Shown: piece by piece, positions 52,120 to 64,000 of the stretch | Layout: each line of letters begins with the position of its first letter | How positions within the stretch are numbered: position 1 is the stretch's first letter | Assembly (NCBI RefSeq): GCF_000372725.1 | Contig: NW_005201165.1 | Span: forward strand, 64,853 to 128,852 | DNA: 64,000 nt | Origin: Emiliania huxleyi CCMP1516 | Taxonomy: Eukaryota | Direction of reading: 5' to 3' | Translations under genes and position numbers: made by a program | Notes under the pieces: model-generated | What the model was told of the DNA's origin: nothing | The model's input: the letters and a program-made list of their open reading frames with translations, nothing else | Databases searched by the model: none

Positions 52120-55100
52120 AGGGGCGCGGGGAGGGGCGGCAGGGGCGGCACACGCCGCGGGGCGGCTGCGCGCCTCAGAACCGCGACGGTGCTTCCGCGG
52201 CAGCGCCGCGGCCAGCGCGGCCAGCGCGGCCCCGACGGGTTCTATTGACATCTCGCCGCGGTCTCCGTCCCGTCGGCTTGGGGGGATGGGGAACGTCGAG
52301 ATTGATAAGCGCAGCAGGCGCGGTGTCAGAGAGCGGGCTCGGACTCGCAGTGATTGGATTGTTTCGGGGGGGTTCCTCTTTCTTTGGTAACAGCTGTTGC
52401 GACGGTACCCCCCACAACCAAAAAGATGCCCCGCCTCGAGTGCCCCGCGATATCCCACACACGGCCTATACGCCAAAAGGCGGCAGCGGGCCAGCATCAG
52501 AATCGTCCGTCATATGCGTGTTCCGTTTTCCCAAAATCACGATGACACAACCCGCATGATTAATTACTTGTGTCGCTAATGTTCAAACAAGCGGTCGTGT
52601 CGTGCAGCTCGGGTGCTGGGGGGGTCGTGGGAGCCGCTCGGGACCATTCTAAAGGCGTGTGTTGGTAGCTGGGGCCTCGAAAGCGCCCCCGGGGCCCTCT
52701 GCAGGACCTCTCTGGAGCCCCAAAACGGCGCCTGCAGGGCGGCTCGCGGCTTTGAGGCTCGTAAAACGGGTGCCGCTGGCATCGTCCCGATGCGTGTGTA
52801 TCACCACATGCCGATATCGCGCACGAGTCAGCCGCGAGAGTCCGTCCAAGCCTCGGAACGAGCCCAACGGGGCCTTTTTGGCCCCTCGGCGCCTTCTGCC
52901 GACCTTTGGCGCCCGATTTGGTGCCACCCTGCGGTCTTCAGACGCATCTGAGGTGCTCCCATGATGTTTCTACATCGGGACGTGTCGTGGTCTGACAATC
53001 GAAAGCGGCAGAGAGCACACAACCACCCAAGCACGCACCCACGACAGACACCCGTCGCTGTTTTGGCTCCTGCTGCACACACCTAGCAGCTACTAGAGTC
53101 CGTCCGGTCCCCCGATTGGGTTCTCCGCACTCCCCGCGTCTAGGAGGAGCTGCAGGATCGCCGCCTCGCGCGCCTCCCCGTCCCCTCTCCTGGACGCCTC
53201 ACCACCGTCAGTAAAGTCGTGGAGGAAGGCGCCAGCGTCCCCGAACAAGGATTAGCGCCTGTCTCGGCGTAGGCCTGCAGCAGCCCGCGGAGTCGCAGGC
53301 GCTCCTCGGCGATGAAGACGCCATTCGCCCGCGAGGCGTCTCGCAGGTCGCTGCCTCTCAACCCCGACAGGTCGCGCAGCGGCGTCCCGCGCAGCAAGAA
53401 GAGGTGCAATGGGTCCTGGAAGTCACCACGCGCGACCCACGCGTGGAACCTTCCTTGACGGACCACGCCCTCCACCTCGCGCAGCCATTTCACCTCGACC
53501 ACGCGCACTTTGATCTTTGTGATGAGGTCGGTCGACAGGTGTGTGCGCATCGCAGCTGCCGAGGGCTAACATGTCCACGCGCCCCTCAACGCGTGTGGTC
53601 GGGAGCGACTGGCGACACACTCGCTGTCAATACTTACAAGTCAGGCAGCTGGCCTCGAGCAGTTCGAGCCAGCCTCGACCGAGTGTCGGGCGTTGAGGGA
53701 GGCGGCGCTTCGCGGCGCTGGTATAGTTTTCCGGTCCGATTTTCGGGGTGCTCTGTTCACGGCACGGAAAAACTCCTCCGACTCTCACGCCTGCAAGCCG
53801 ACCGGGGCACCGGAAAACTATTCCGAGCCGGCGGTCCTCGCGTCCGACTGGGTGAGTGACTCGTGAGCCACCCCGACACCGCTCGAACCGCCTCTCCGCG
53901 TCGGCGTCCATGCCGCGGGAACACCCACCGCGATGACGACATGCTCGAGCTCGCCGCCGACAAGGTGCCCGACTTGATGGCGTCCAAGCACTACGAGGGC
54001 GGCAGGACGACGGCGGCGGTCGCCTTCAACAACGGCTTCTCGTTCGCCCGCTCGCGCCTCGGATGCTACTGCTCGCCGCCGCCGGGGGGGTCCTGCAGCC
54101 ACGTCGGCTGGAACCCCTGCGAAGAAAACGGCGGCACCGGTTGGACGGCGCGCGTCCTCCGCGTCGAGGAAGGAAACTGCCTGCTGGCCTTCCCGCACTC
54201 GCGCACCGCGACGGGCCTCGCCTTCGCCGACGAATGGCTGTCGTGCGCCGCCGTGCGCCGGTCACCGCACCAGCCGAGCCTGCCGTTTCGGCGCGGACCC
54301 TCTCTCGCCGACCTCCGGCGCGCGCGGCCAGCCGATCGCGAAGCTGGGCCCGAGTGCCCAAGCAATGTGGGTGGTACGAGCGCCAGCCACCGCACGGCGC
54401 ACTCGCCAGGGGCGGCTGGCGACCCTACGCCTCGCATAGCCAAGTGCGTGCGCCTCGCGGTGCTCCTCAACTCCTGCCAGGCGGTGGCGGGCATGAGCGT
54501 GCCTCATCGGGCGACAGCCCCGCTGCCCGAACCAGCCTCCCAGAGCGCCCCCGTCATGCTGCTCGCCCTCGTCGTGGCCGCTCTCGCCGCCGCCCTCTGG
54601 CGGACGGCTGTAATCGCAAGTGCCGGCGACTCGACTGCGCCGACCACCGCCCTCGTGGCGTCTCCGCCACCAGTGAAGCTGATCGCGCAGGGGTCGACGA
54701 CAGCTCCCGGCACGCGGTAACAGCGCTCAAGTGCGAAGTGCCCGTCGTCCAAGACATGTCTTGTTGGTCCTATTCTCTGGCAGGACGGGAACGAGATGAT
54801 AGTAGGGAGTAGAAGAAAGCAAAGAGGAGCCCTGCGCACGCACGACTCCGCAGGAGAAGCCCCTCCCGCCCGTGCTTGCGCAGCGCAGCCTCACAGAGAA
54901 CTGCGGCCGCCAGCGACTGAGCCAGTCTCGCTGGCGGACGGGGGAGAACACAACGAAGGGCCGTCCGAAACACAATCACTAAGAAGGGACGTACGGACGT
55001 CCATCACTGGGATGAGATCGGGAGATATGTCTGAGACATGTCTGCCGAATATCTCCCGACTCTACAGCCGCCCACAGGAGCGCCGCCTCAACACGGGGTC

Positions 55101-55973
55101 TCGGCTCTATCGAGCCATGCTAGCTCCAGCCGCAGCCCCACCCGGCCGCCCGAGGGTGTTCCCGCAGGCAGAGAAGACTAATCCTGGGGGAAGCAACCGT
55201 CCTGTCTGGACTAGTCTTGTGTTTCTGCTCGATTTTATGTCGTTTCGCTCCATCACGCTCTCGTTCCCCTCGATGCTGGCGTTCGCCGCGCTCCATTGCC
55301 TCACGCGCGCGTCCTCTTTGCCGATGGCAGCGTTCATGGCTTCCCCTCACGCGGAATTTGTGCTCACTGAGCCCGCAAGTGCCGAGTCTTACGCACCTCC
55401 GGACCTCACACCGTGTCCTACGAGGTGAATGTTGATCTCGCAAACCTCGCCTTCGACTCGCTCTCCGCTTCTACGAGAGTGAGTCGACCCTCTGTCCCTC
55501 TCGACGTGCTCTGCATCGGCCGCTGGCACGCCCTACGCTTCTCGGATCGCCGACAGCAGCATCGGCTCCAACGTGCCGCTGACGCACCGTCGCACGGCCG
55601 GCAATCCGATCTTCGAGCCGCCCACGCTCTCCCCGACTACGTGGGCGACTCCACGCACCTGTCCATCGTCTCGCTCCTCGATGACGACGACACCCTCGCC
55701 TGTGGCATCTGGCTCTGAGATCGTCCACGGCTTCACTTCCAGCACGCCTCTCTTCCACGATGCGTCAACTGGGACCCGACTCGTGCTCGTACCTGCTGAA
55801 GCCACCAACAACGCCTCGCAGATCGACCTTGTCTCTCTCACCGGCGCGCCGTGGGCCTTTGCCACCTTCGTCTCCTCCAGCAATTTTACCGCTGGCTCCC
55901 CCCGCGCCGGGTTCTACATCCCCCGCCTTGTGTCGATCACGCCGCCACAAACGTCGACCAGCAGCGAGTGCGG

Positions 55974-56282
55974 TGCCGCCTTTACTGTTCAGCAGGTTGA
56001 TCTCCGCGCCGCGCTGCAGCAGCAGCTCGACCACCCGCTCGTGGCCGCTGTTGGCGGCGTCCATCAGCGCGGTGACGCCATTGCTGTCCTGCAGGTTGGC
56101 ATCCGCGCCGCGCTGGAGCAACAGCTCGACCACTCCTCGTGGCCCTCCTGGGCGGCGAGCATCATCAGCGTGATGCCGCCCACATCACCCGCCCCGCAAG
56201 TCGCATTGACCCGCCCGCCGCTTTCGAGCCACGCCAGCAGCGCCGCCTCGTCGCCTCGCCAGGCCGCTTTCCGCACCGCCAC
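55974..56282 (-). pseudogene. Ankyrin-repeat gene fragment with a frameshift
   Basis: TLMMLAAQEGHE / VVELLLQRGADANLQDSNGVTALMDAANSGHERVVELLL; the frame changes near 56135. Confidence 0.7.
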
Positions 56283-57250
56283 TTCTCACTCGAATCCGGA
56301 ATGCGTGTGCGTAGTACGTGGGGCGTAGCGCGCCTGGAGAGGCACACCCCGATCGGCCGAAGGTGGATGCAGAAGACAGAATCGTAATACGCAAGACATT
56401 TGTAGCTCATTCAGGCGCCACTTGGCTCGGGCACGACACCGAAATACGCGACGTCTGGCCGACGCACTATGGATCGCGGGCGCGTATTTACATAACATGG
56501 CCGATCTGTGCATTCTGGGCGACTACATATGCGTAGCAGTACAGACCACCTCCGCTGCACTGAGGTGTCCGAAAATTCTTTTTATCGTCACTGGGCTTTG
56601 CCAGTGCGCGCCACCAGTCCCGTGCCCAGTGTCGTGCGAGGGAGTTTGTTGTAAAATCTTTTTTGTCGGGTACGGGACTGGCCTCGAGGGACTGGCACTG
56701 CAAAGGCGACGGCTTCTAATAGAAGCCGTCGCCCTCACAGATGCCGTCCTCCTCACAGAAGGCGTCGTCGGAATGGTAGTCAGGCGGACGAGACTATCCC
56801 TGATCCTGCTGAACAAGCTCCTCTTGTAGCTCGATCGGTCACACCGCCATCGCCGTCGGGGAGAGGGGGGACGACACTGCCTCGGCAGCGTGCACCTCGA
56901 TCCTGTGCCGTGTTTGTTATGACCCCCCCCAATGAACACACCAGCGAGGGAGGGCGAGACGATCGGAGGGGTCCCGTACCATGCGGAATCGACCCTACTC
57001 GAGTATCAAGTGCTCAAGTGCTCAAGTCAGGCGGATGGTCGAATCCGCGAGCACCGTGGTGCTCGCCGAGAGGACCATCCCCATCATCCTCCGACTCCAT
57101 CCCCCCCCTCCCGTCGCTCCCGCCGCGCCTCCAGTCGGCATGCGCCTCCAGTCGGCATGCGTCGTATATCTCACATTTACTTGATAAACCAGCCGATCCA
57201 ACAATCCTTTCGGTTTATCGGGACGCGCCGGGATATCAAGTAAATGCCAG

Positions 57251-58210
57251 ATGAATATCGTGTGTAACGACGCCCGGCCACAGCAGTGCATGTACATGCC
57301 AGTCGAGGACCTCGCCGCGGCGCACTGGCGCCGCTTCGTCTACCTCAAGCTGGCGCGTCGATGGCACGCGCTCTGGTGTCGCTGGAGCCCGAGCGGCGAG
57401 CTGCGCTCCGTCTTTGATGCCGAGCGGGCCTTTGAGCCGACGGGAAAAGGCTGCTCGATGCAGGTCGTGTACCACTACCGCGACGAGCGCGGCACGGTTG
57501 CGGAGGGTCCGCAGAGCGGCCCGTGGCACCTCACCGAGGAAGCCTGCAGCACGCCGCACGGGATGCTCCACCCGGCCTCGCCCGAGATGACGACGCTGCT
57601 GCTGCCCGGAGGGCCGAGCGCGTGGTGCATGAGGCGGAGCCCGGCGGGCACTCCCTGCGCCGCCGAGCTCTTCCTCCACCACGGCGACCACCTGAGGATG
57701 AGCGCCGGCGTCGTCCACTCCGCCGACGGAACGCTGCAGCAGCTCGCCCTCGTCCGCGAGGACGCTCGTGGGCCGTGGCCTTCGGCCGCCGCTGCCGAGG
57801 GCTGGTCCGAGAGCTGCGAGGCTGCGGCGGTCTGCGGCGCGGAGCTGGAACGCGCGCTCGAGCGGGCGGCCGCGCCGACGCGCGCGCCCGGCTCCGGCTT
57901 CGCAGTCAGCGCCTCGCTCGAGCAGCGCTCGCTGGCCGGCGCCGCGTGGCATAGCACGAGGGTTGGGTCGGCGGCGGCGGCGGACGCGGTGCTGCTGTGC
58001 GCCGGCGGGACAGTCGCGGTGGTGGCGCCCGCGCGGCGCGTCGCCAACCAGCCCTTCTCCAGCGCCGCCGCGTGGTGGCCTCCGCAGCACTCGACGGCCG
58101 ACAGCGGCGAGGGCGAGGCAGGCGGCGGCAGGCGGCTGTACACTGTCGAGGCGCACTGGGATGCCGAGGGCGGGCTGGCGGAGGTGCGGTGGCTCGTGTT
58201 TGAGGCGTGA
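57251..58210 (+). CDS. DUF3598/BFA1-like beta-barrel protein; start uncertain
   Basis: WHALWCRWSPSG...ELFLHHGDHLRMS...GTLQQLALVRED resembles the DUF3598 pattern. Confidence 0.5.
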   Translation: MNIVCNDARPQQCMYMPVEDLAAAHWRRFVYLKLARRWHALWCRWSPSGELRSVFDAERAFEPTGKGCSMQVVYHYRDERGTVAEGPQSGPWHLTEEACSTPHGMLHPASPEMTTLLLPGGPSAWCMRRSPAGTPCAAELFLHHGDHLRMSAGVVHSADGTLQQLALVREDARGPWPSAAAAEGWSESCEAAAVCGAELERALERAAAPTRAPGSGFAVSASLEQRSLAGAAWHSTRVGSAAAADAVLLCAGGTVAVVAPARRVANQPFSSAAAWWPPQHSTADSGEGEAGGGRRLYTVEAHWDAEGGLAEVRWLVFEA

Positions 58211-59202
58211 TGGGAAGGGCCACACACCGGCGGCTGGTCTCCGCCATGGAACCGCTGTCAGTGTGAGCGAGTCTGGTGAGCCAGCAGGGCTGTCAGAGGA
58301 GACAGAGATATACACATAGTCATAGAGCCGTAAGAGAGAGCGCGCGGTGTGTGTGGAAAGTGTTAGCCCTTTGATATTTTTAACAGCAGAGCCGCAAACC
58401 TCAAAAAGAAATTTCTTTTCGTGTGAGAGTGGAGTGGAAGCCGTCGCCCGCAACTGGCCTAATAAATAAATTTAAATCAGTAACCAGCCTCCGGTGGGGC
58501 CCCCCGCTACCATCCAAACCCGAGTACCGGTCTACTATCATAGATAGAGGCTCAAGTGTGACATAAGTCCACACACATACGACATACACATACACAAAGC
58601 AACTCTCACGACACACGGGCACCGGGTGGAGCGGCGGCGGCGGCAGCAGCACGCGCGGGCGGACGGATTCGGACGGGGCGGAGCAGCGACCGCCTGGGCG
58701 GCCGCTGCTCTGGCCATGCCGCTCCGTTTGGCGTTGGCCACGACGCTGCCTTTCGCCGCCGATGGCTGCTCTCGCGACCCTCTCGTTCGCGCCGTCTGCC
58801 AGAGCGCGCCGTCTGCCTTGTACATACCGGGGGAAGTAGACACCACAGATACGCACACACCGACGCCCGAAGTGCGAAGAAGGACGAGGAAAGTCTCGGC
58901 TTTGGTTCTCACGCCCCGGCGGGGGGGTGATATTGGATGGGCACCCCGTGCCGCCGCGAGAAAAGGGCCCGTCTCTTCCCGCGATGTGTCGCGGACAAAC
59001 CCAAGTAGAAGCGGGTTCGGGCGCGCGTGCTCCTCTTCGTTCATTTTCGGGCGAGGGTGGCACCACGCCGCGTGGGGCGAGAAAGAAAGAAAGAAAAAAA
59101 CGGACAAGCCAAGGGAGGGATGGGAGGACGGCACGCCGCCACGTGGGGCGAGGGGGCAAGTTTGTGGGAACGAGAGAATCTTTTGTCCCGCTAGCCACGT
59201 AT

Positions 59203-60805
59203 CTAGATATCCACGGGCGCTCCGGGCGACGATGAGCACAACGCTGCGCCGCTCTGGCCGCCGCCTCGCCGCTGCCGCCACCGCCACCGCCACCGACGCT
59301 CCTCCACCGCTGCTCGCCCTCGCGCGACCTGTCCGTCCACCGACCTCTCCGCCCGCGCGTACGCCACCGCCGCCTCCACCGCCGAGTCGAAGAAGCCGAT
59401 GAAGATCTGTCGTCCGTCCACCGTGTGGTACGCCGTGAAGCGGCCCGACGCCCAGGGAGGTCGGCGGCCGCGCGAGCCCGGCGCCTGCTCCTGCTTGCGT
59501 ACGCCTGCGTAGCCTGTGCTGCTGCGACTCGAGAGGTGCAGCCGCCAGCCCTGCGCCTCTGTCACCACCGCCGGCGCCTCCCCCGCGGGGCCCGTGTGGG
59601 ATGGACCTGCGAAAGCGCGGGGAAGGGAGAGTGCATTGAGAAGGCAGAGCCTGAGCACAAGAGGGGGGCTTGCTCGCGAGCCTTGACTTGCATCGACTTG
59701 ATTACAACGAGTCCAATCGAACACGGGGTCTGGCTCTCCGGCTCAAAACCGCTCCGCATTGATCGGCAACCTCGCATCAACGTCGAGCAGTGTGGGGCAC
59801 GAGTATGGGAGAGAGGAGTGCGCAACGGGAATGCATGTGGGGCAAACGGGTCAGCAAGTGAGTGGACCACGCGCCAGCACCGCACACATCGGCCAACGAG
59901 TGCGTCCAGCGCATGCCGTTCTCCATCACCGTCTTGTCGATCGCCCGCGCGTACGCCACTGCCGCCTCCACCGCGGTGCCGAAGGAGCCCGCGAGTTTGT
60001 TATGCCTCCCGTTTACCGTGTACTGCACTATGAAGCGGTTGTGACTCTTCGACACCCCCCTGTATCCGGTGCTGCTGTTGCGGGAGAGGTGCAAGCGCAT
60101 TCCCTCCGCCTCTGCCACGCACGCACGCCTTGCCCTCGCTCGACGAATTGCTCGACGAGTGAGCGACCTTTTGTCAAACTCATCCCACTTACGCTGCAGA
60201 AAGCCAAGCGTTGCGCGATCCGGCTCTTCCCGTTCCGTTGGCCTGCTCGAGAATGACCTGCCCCGAAACTGCATGACGAGCGGCCGAAGTTGTTCGCCGA
60301 ACTCATCAGGAGGGGGCGGCGGACCGACCTCCGCAACATGGGTCTCGGCCTCGATTGCATGCACGGCCTCGGTTGCCAGCCTCTCGGCCTCCAGCCTCTC
60401 GGCCTCCTGCCGACCCATGCGCACGCCCTCCTTCGAGCGGGAGGGGGACGCGCCAGCACTCCTCATTGCCTCCGTTCTCTTGCGTCGAATCGTGTTGCGG
60501 TGCGGCAAGCAATCAAACGCGTCCCACTTGGATCGCAGAATGCCGAGAGTGGCGTGGTCTCGAACTTCCCGTTCCGTTGGCCTGCGCGAGAATGATCTCC
60601 CCCGGAACTGCATGACAATCGGCCGAGGTTGCTCGCCAAACTCGTCAGGGAGCAGCGGCTCGGCCTCCGCAACATGAGCCTCGGCTTCGATCGCACGCCT
60701 CTGTGCGAGAGAAAAAATTGACGATCGCCTTGCGTCGGCAGCCAGAGGCGGCGGGGCGGCGGGAGAGGGCGGTGGTGCGGGCGGTGATGCTGATGATGTG
60801 GCCAT
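59203..60805 (-). CDS. Protein with two AP2/ERF-like DNA-binding domains; both ends uncertain
   Basis: RLHLSRNSSTGYRGV...GSFGTAVEAAVAYAR and RLHLSSRSSTGYAGV...GFFDSAVEAAVAYAR, plus a ~60-aa internal duplication upstream. Confidence 0.7.
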
Positions 60806-61405
60806 TGGCCGCCGCCGCGTCCTCTTTGCGAGCGCTCTCGGCTTCCGTCCCTTTTTACGCTTGTCCCCCCCCTTGCTCGTATGTCTGACTTTTCTGCGGG
60901 TCAGGCCGGGGCCTCTCAGCAGTCTACTTGGGTTTGTCGTCATTAGTACGAAACCTCAGAAGGCCATGGGCGCCGAGAGAACATTCCCCCGAGAGGACAA
61001 GAAGAAAAGGCTTCGCACCCTCTCCTTGCGCAGTGACCCTCGCTAAAAGTGTCGCCGTTATCGGGGCACGCTATCCTGCGCAGGCAGGGCAAGCGGGGGA
61101 GGGGGGCAGTCCCTTTGACGTATGTATGTATCTCTGGGTTCTGTCTCCAGTCTCGGAGGGGGGCAAAAAGATAAGAAGATCTTTTTTTTTTGCGGTCGGA
61201 TCCCCGCTCGGAGATCACTTTTCCCGTACCAGCCGAAGGTGGCGTCTCCTTCGTGGGATCCCCTCCCCCCCCCCCCCCCCGCTGACGTGTCGACTAGGTC
61301 CAGCCCTGGGTGGCGCAGGTTGTGACATTTGGCGATTCCGCGACTTACTGGGGCCCTGAGCCGCTACCCGGGGGCGATTTTTTGTGGCCCGGACATGATA
61401 CTGAT

Positions 61406-61505
61406 NNNNNNNNNNNNNNNNNNNNNNNNNNNNNNNNNNNNNNNNNNNNNNNNNNNNNNNNNNNNNNNNNNNNNNNNNNNNNNNNNNNNNNNNNNNNNNN
61501 NNNNN
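61406..61505. other. Assembly gap (100 N)
   Basis: Run of N. Confidence 1.
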
Positions 61506-61667
61506 CGCCGCCGCCCTCGCCTCCGCCGCCGTCGCCGCCGCCTCCTTCGCCACCACCGCCTTCGCCGCCGCCACCCTCGCCGAGATGCCGCCGAGATTTT
61601 GAGATGCTATTGAGATCTTTCACGACGCGTCGTAGTGAGTCGAGTGTCATGGTGTGCATCGCTTCAG

Positions 61668-63106
61668 GTGTCGATCAAGCTCGGATCGCTCGAGATCTTG
61701 CGCGACGCCTCGATCAAGGGAGATACAATCTACTTCCCGCACGACGGGCCAAAGGAAGCGGCGGCCACGCTCCGCGAGGCGGCGTGGCTGCGGGGCGCCG
61801 ACTACCGCGTGCTGTTCGTGGGCGCGGACGATAAGCACGACAAGCTCGCCCAGTGGCTGCTCAAGCGCAACGACATCCAGGTTTGCCCGCATCGGTGCCA
61901 CAATTACTTGGCGCTGTACGCTGCCATCGACAGGGCGATGGGCAACCCCAAGGTGACGGACGCGCCTTCATTCGACGCGGTGCGGAGCGAGCTCGGTGAC
62001 ATTGGTGCGGGACTGGTCGCCGATGCGCGCCACACAACCACCGGGCTTGCGCAAGCCGTCGAGGCCACCGCCCAGGCAAGTGCCGATGACGTGGCGCAGG
62101 TGGCCAACCCGGAGGAAGCGGACGCCTTCTCTCGCGTCGTGCTGCTGTCATCCTCCGACACGCTGCCTGACTCGGCGCTCTCCCGTCTCAACGCCTTCAC
62201 CGCAGGGCTGACGTCGCGTGGCGGCTCCGATCATCTCGACCCATCCGCCGACGCCGCCGAGGGTGCAGCTGATGCAGCTGCAGACGGCGCAGCTGATGCG
62301 GATGCAGCTGACGCAGCCTCGGCGGCGTCGCAAGCTGACGCAGCCGCGAGGAACGAGAGCGCCGGCGATGTCCACGTGCGGCGTGCCGCGCGTTCGGACG
62401 AGCCGCTCTCCGAGTTCAACGGCAACGGGCTCAACTTGATGCGCATCTTCCGCGCCATCTGCCCGCTCCTGCGCTACCAGGAGAGCACGCGAGACGACGG
62501 AACGAGGCACATCCGCTCGTGGCCGCTGCAGGCCAACGGCACGCTCTCTGCCGCCGACACTCAGCAGGCGGTGGCGCGACGAGTTCGGTGAGCGCTTCAA
62601 GCGCGGCGAGGACGTTCCACTCCCGCCGCTGAATCAGCGGCAGCGCGCCGCCGGCCGCAGGCTCCTGCCCGTCCTCCGTCGGATGGGCGCCGCTCAGCGT
62701 GATGGAGATGCGAGCCGCACACGCAAGGAGTACTCAGAGGCGGTGGCGCTTGTGCACCGGATGCACTACCTGCTCGTGGGCGCGCCAGGCACCGGCAAGA
62801 GCTTGCTCCTACGCGCGCTGCTGCAGCTAATGGACGAGGAGGACCTGGGCTGCGCCATCTTCTCGGCGTACACCGGCGTCGCGGTGACGGCGCTGCCGCT
62901 GCCCGCTGCCACGTACTGCAAGCTCACCGGCATCCCTGGCGACGCGGGCTCGACGCTCGAGGATCTGCCGGCGGCTTCTGACCGAGCGCAGCGGACGTTC
63001 AACGCAATCGTGGGCGACGCGCACCGCCTCATCATGATCGTGCTGGACGAAGCCTCGTTCCTTGGCACGCCGCACCTGCACCACCTCGACCAGCGGCTGC
63101 AGCTCT
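61668..63106 (+). mobile_element. Internally deleted Helitron-like Rep/helicase relic
   Basis: N-terminal Helitron-like segments (IKGDTIYFPH, EPLSEF), then in another frame PIF1-type motifs LNQRQ, GAPGTGKS, AYTGVA and VLDEAS; no HUH Rep motifs seen. Confidence 0.6.
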
Positions 63107-63212
63107 CATCTCTCTCCAGTACTCGAACTTCGATATCTCTCTCGACTCTCGTCTCTCGACACTCGACGAGGCGAGGCGCAGGCGGGACAACCCTGTGCGT
63201 GACGCCTTCTGT

Positions 63213-63650
63213 TCACGACGCAACGGCGCGGTCGAGCGTGTCGCGCAGGTAGGACACCCGCGCCTCCTCCCCTGGCAGTTCGTCCCATCGCCATTGCGGC
63301 ACGGACACGAGGGTCGTACCCAGCAGGCGCAGCTGCCGGTGCTTGAGTCGCGTGGCGCCCGACGGGCGGCGGCCGCACAGCCGTCCCGGCCCATCGCCCT
63401 CTACCACGACCTGCGCGGGAAGGCAGCCTTGCGCATCCAAACAAGGATATATGGCCCAATCTCGGCTCATCTCGGCTCGTCGCGTTGCCTGCTCTCCCCT
63501 CCACTCTGCTACCCAGTCGAGGGCGTGCCTCGTCTCGCCGTCCACCTCGTCCTGCATCGGGTCCGCCTCGAGCAGCTCGAGCGCCACGCCGATTTGCTGT
63601 TGCAAGCGCGGCAGCTCTCCGAACTTGCTTGTGTGGCACCCGGCGATCAC
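63213..63650 (-). CDS. C-terminal RAP-domain portion of an organellar RNA-binding protein; 5' part unresolved
   Basis: VVVEGDGP...GATRLKHRQLRLLG...VSVPQWRWDEL...YL is the RAP pattern. Confidence 0.65.
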   Translation of the reverse strand: MIAGCHTSKFGELPRLQQQIGVALELLEADPMQDEVDGETRHALDWVAEWRGEQATRRAEMSRDWAIYPCLDAQGCLPAQVVVEGDGPGRLCGRRPSGATRLKHRQLRLLGTTLVSVPQWRWDELPGEEARVSYLRDTLDRAVAS

Positions 63651-64000
63651 GCTCTTGGGACCGACACACTCGGCAGGGTCGGGGCATACGGTAGGCCTGG
63701 CGGGCGGGCGGCACGGTAGGCAGTGGAGGGGGAGAGGTCAAGGACTCTGAGGCGTCGTGGCCGCATGCGTTCGGTTGAACTGGGGCCGAACGGGAGATGC
63801 CTCACCGGGGAAGGGCCTCCATCACGCCGCGCTCGTCCGAGACCCACGTGCGCCACTGATGCAGCAGGTGGCATTCGTCCTGTAGGGAAATCCAGAGAGG
63901 GCTCAAGGGTAGCTCCAGCCGAAACAGCTCTTCCGCGCTGTATCTCGACATGAGTTAGCTCGTTCTCTGCCGCGTTGAGCACCTGCAGCGAAGAATGGCG

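Noticed and set aside
52600..55960. ORFs 53140-53550, 53863-54720 and 55573-56328
   Set aside because: No family recognised; the region looks like a mosaic of fragments.

Overview
Eukaryotic, very GC-rich, intron-dense genomic DNA. GC-AG introns, 10-11 bp intronic minisatellites, AP2-like repeats and a thylakoid-lumen protein point to a haptophyte alga such as Emiliania/Gephyrocapsa huxleyi (inference). Confidently recognisable genes: inositol polyphosphate 5-phosphatase, FHA-RING E3 ligase, GT2 (ALG5-like), Sec23, GT34, an alpha/beta hydrolase, an SDR and a SERCA-type Ca2+-ATPase. Less certain calls: 2OG-Fe(II) oxygenase, MDR-like protein, PsbQ-like lumen protein, AP2-like, DUF3598-like and RAP-domain genes. 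Intergenic DNA holds several short dispersed repeat families, a CRE-like non-LTR fragment, a 913-bp element with terminal inverted repeats (TIRs) and an internally deleted Helitron-like relic. There are two 100-N gaps. The most notable patterns are three. (1) A recurrent fixed-spacing, self-complementary motif at intron 3' ends (CTCTTCACR-N8-9-YGTGARCAG|) in about a dozen introns of unrelated genes. (2) A 664-bp inverted duplication of a bidirectional promoter that leaves one intact and one truncated gene at each copy. (3) Several retroposon 3' ends that terminate at, and are sometimes flanked by, the same CTGTGAAC motif. Exon boundaries were read by eye and family calls come from motif recognition, not database searches.
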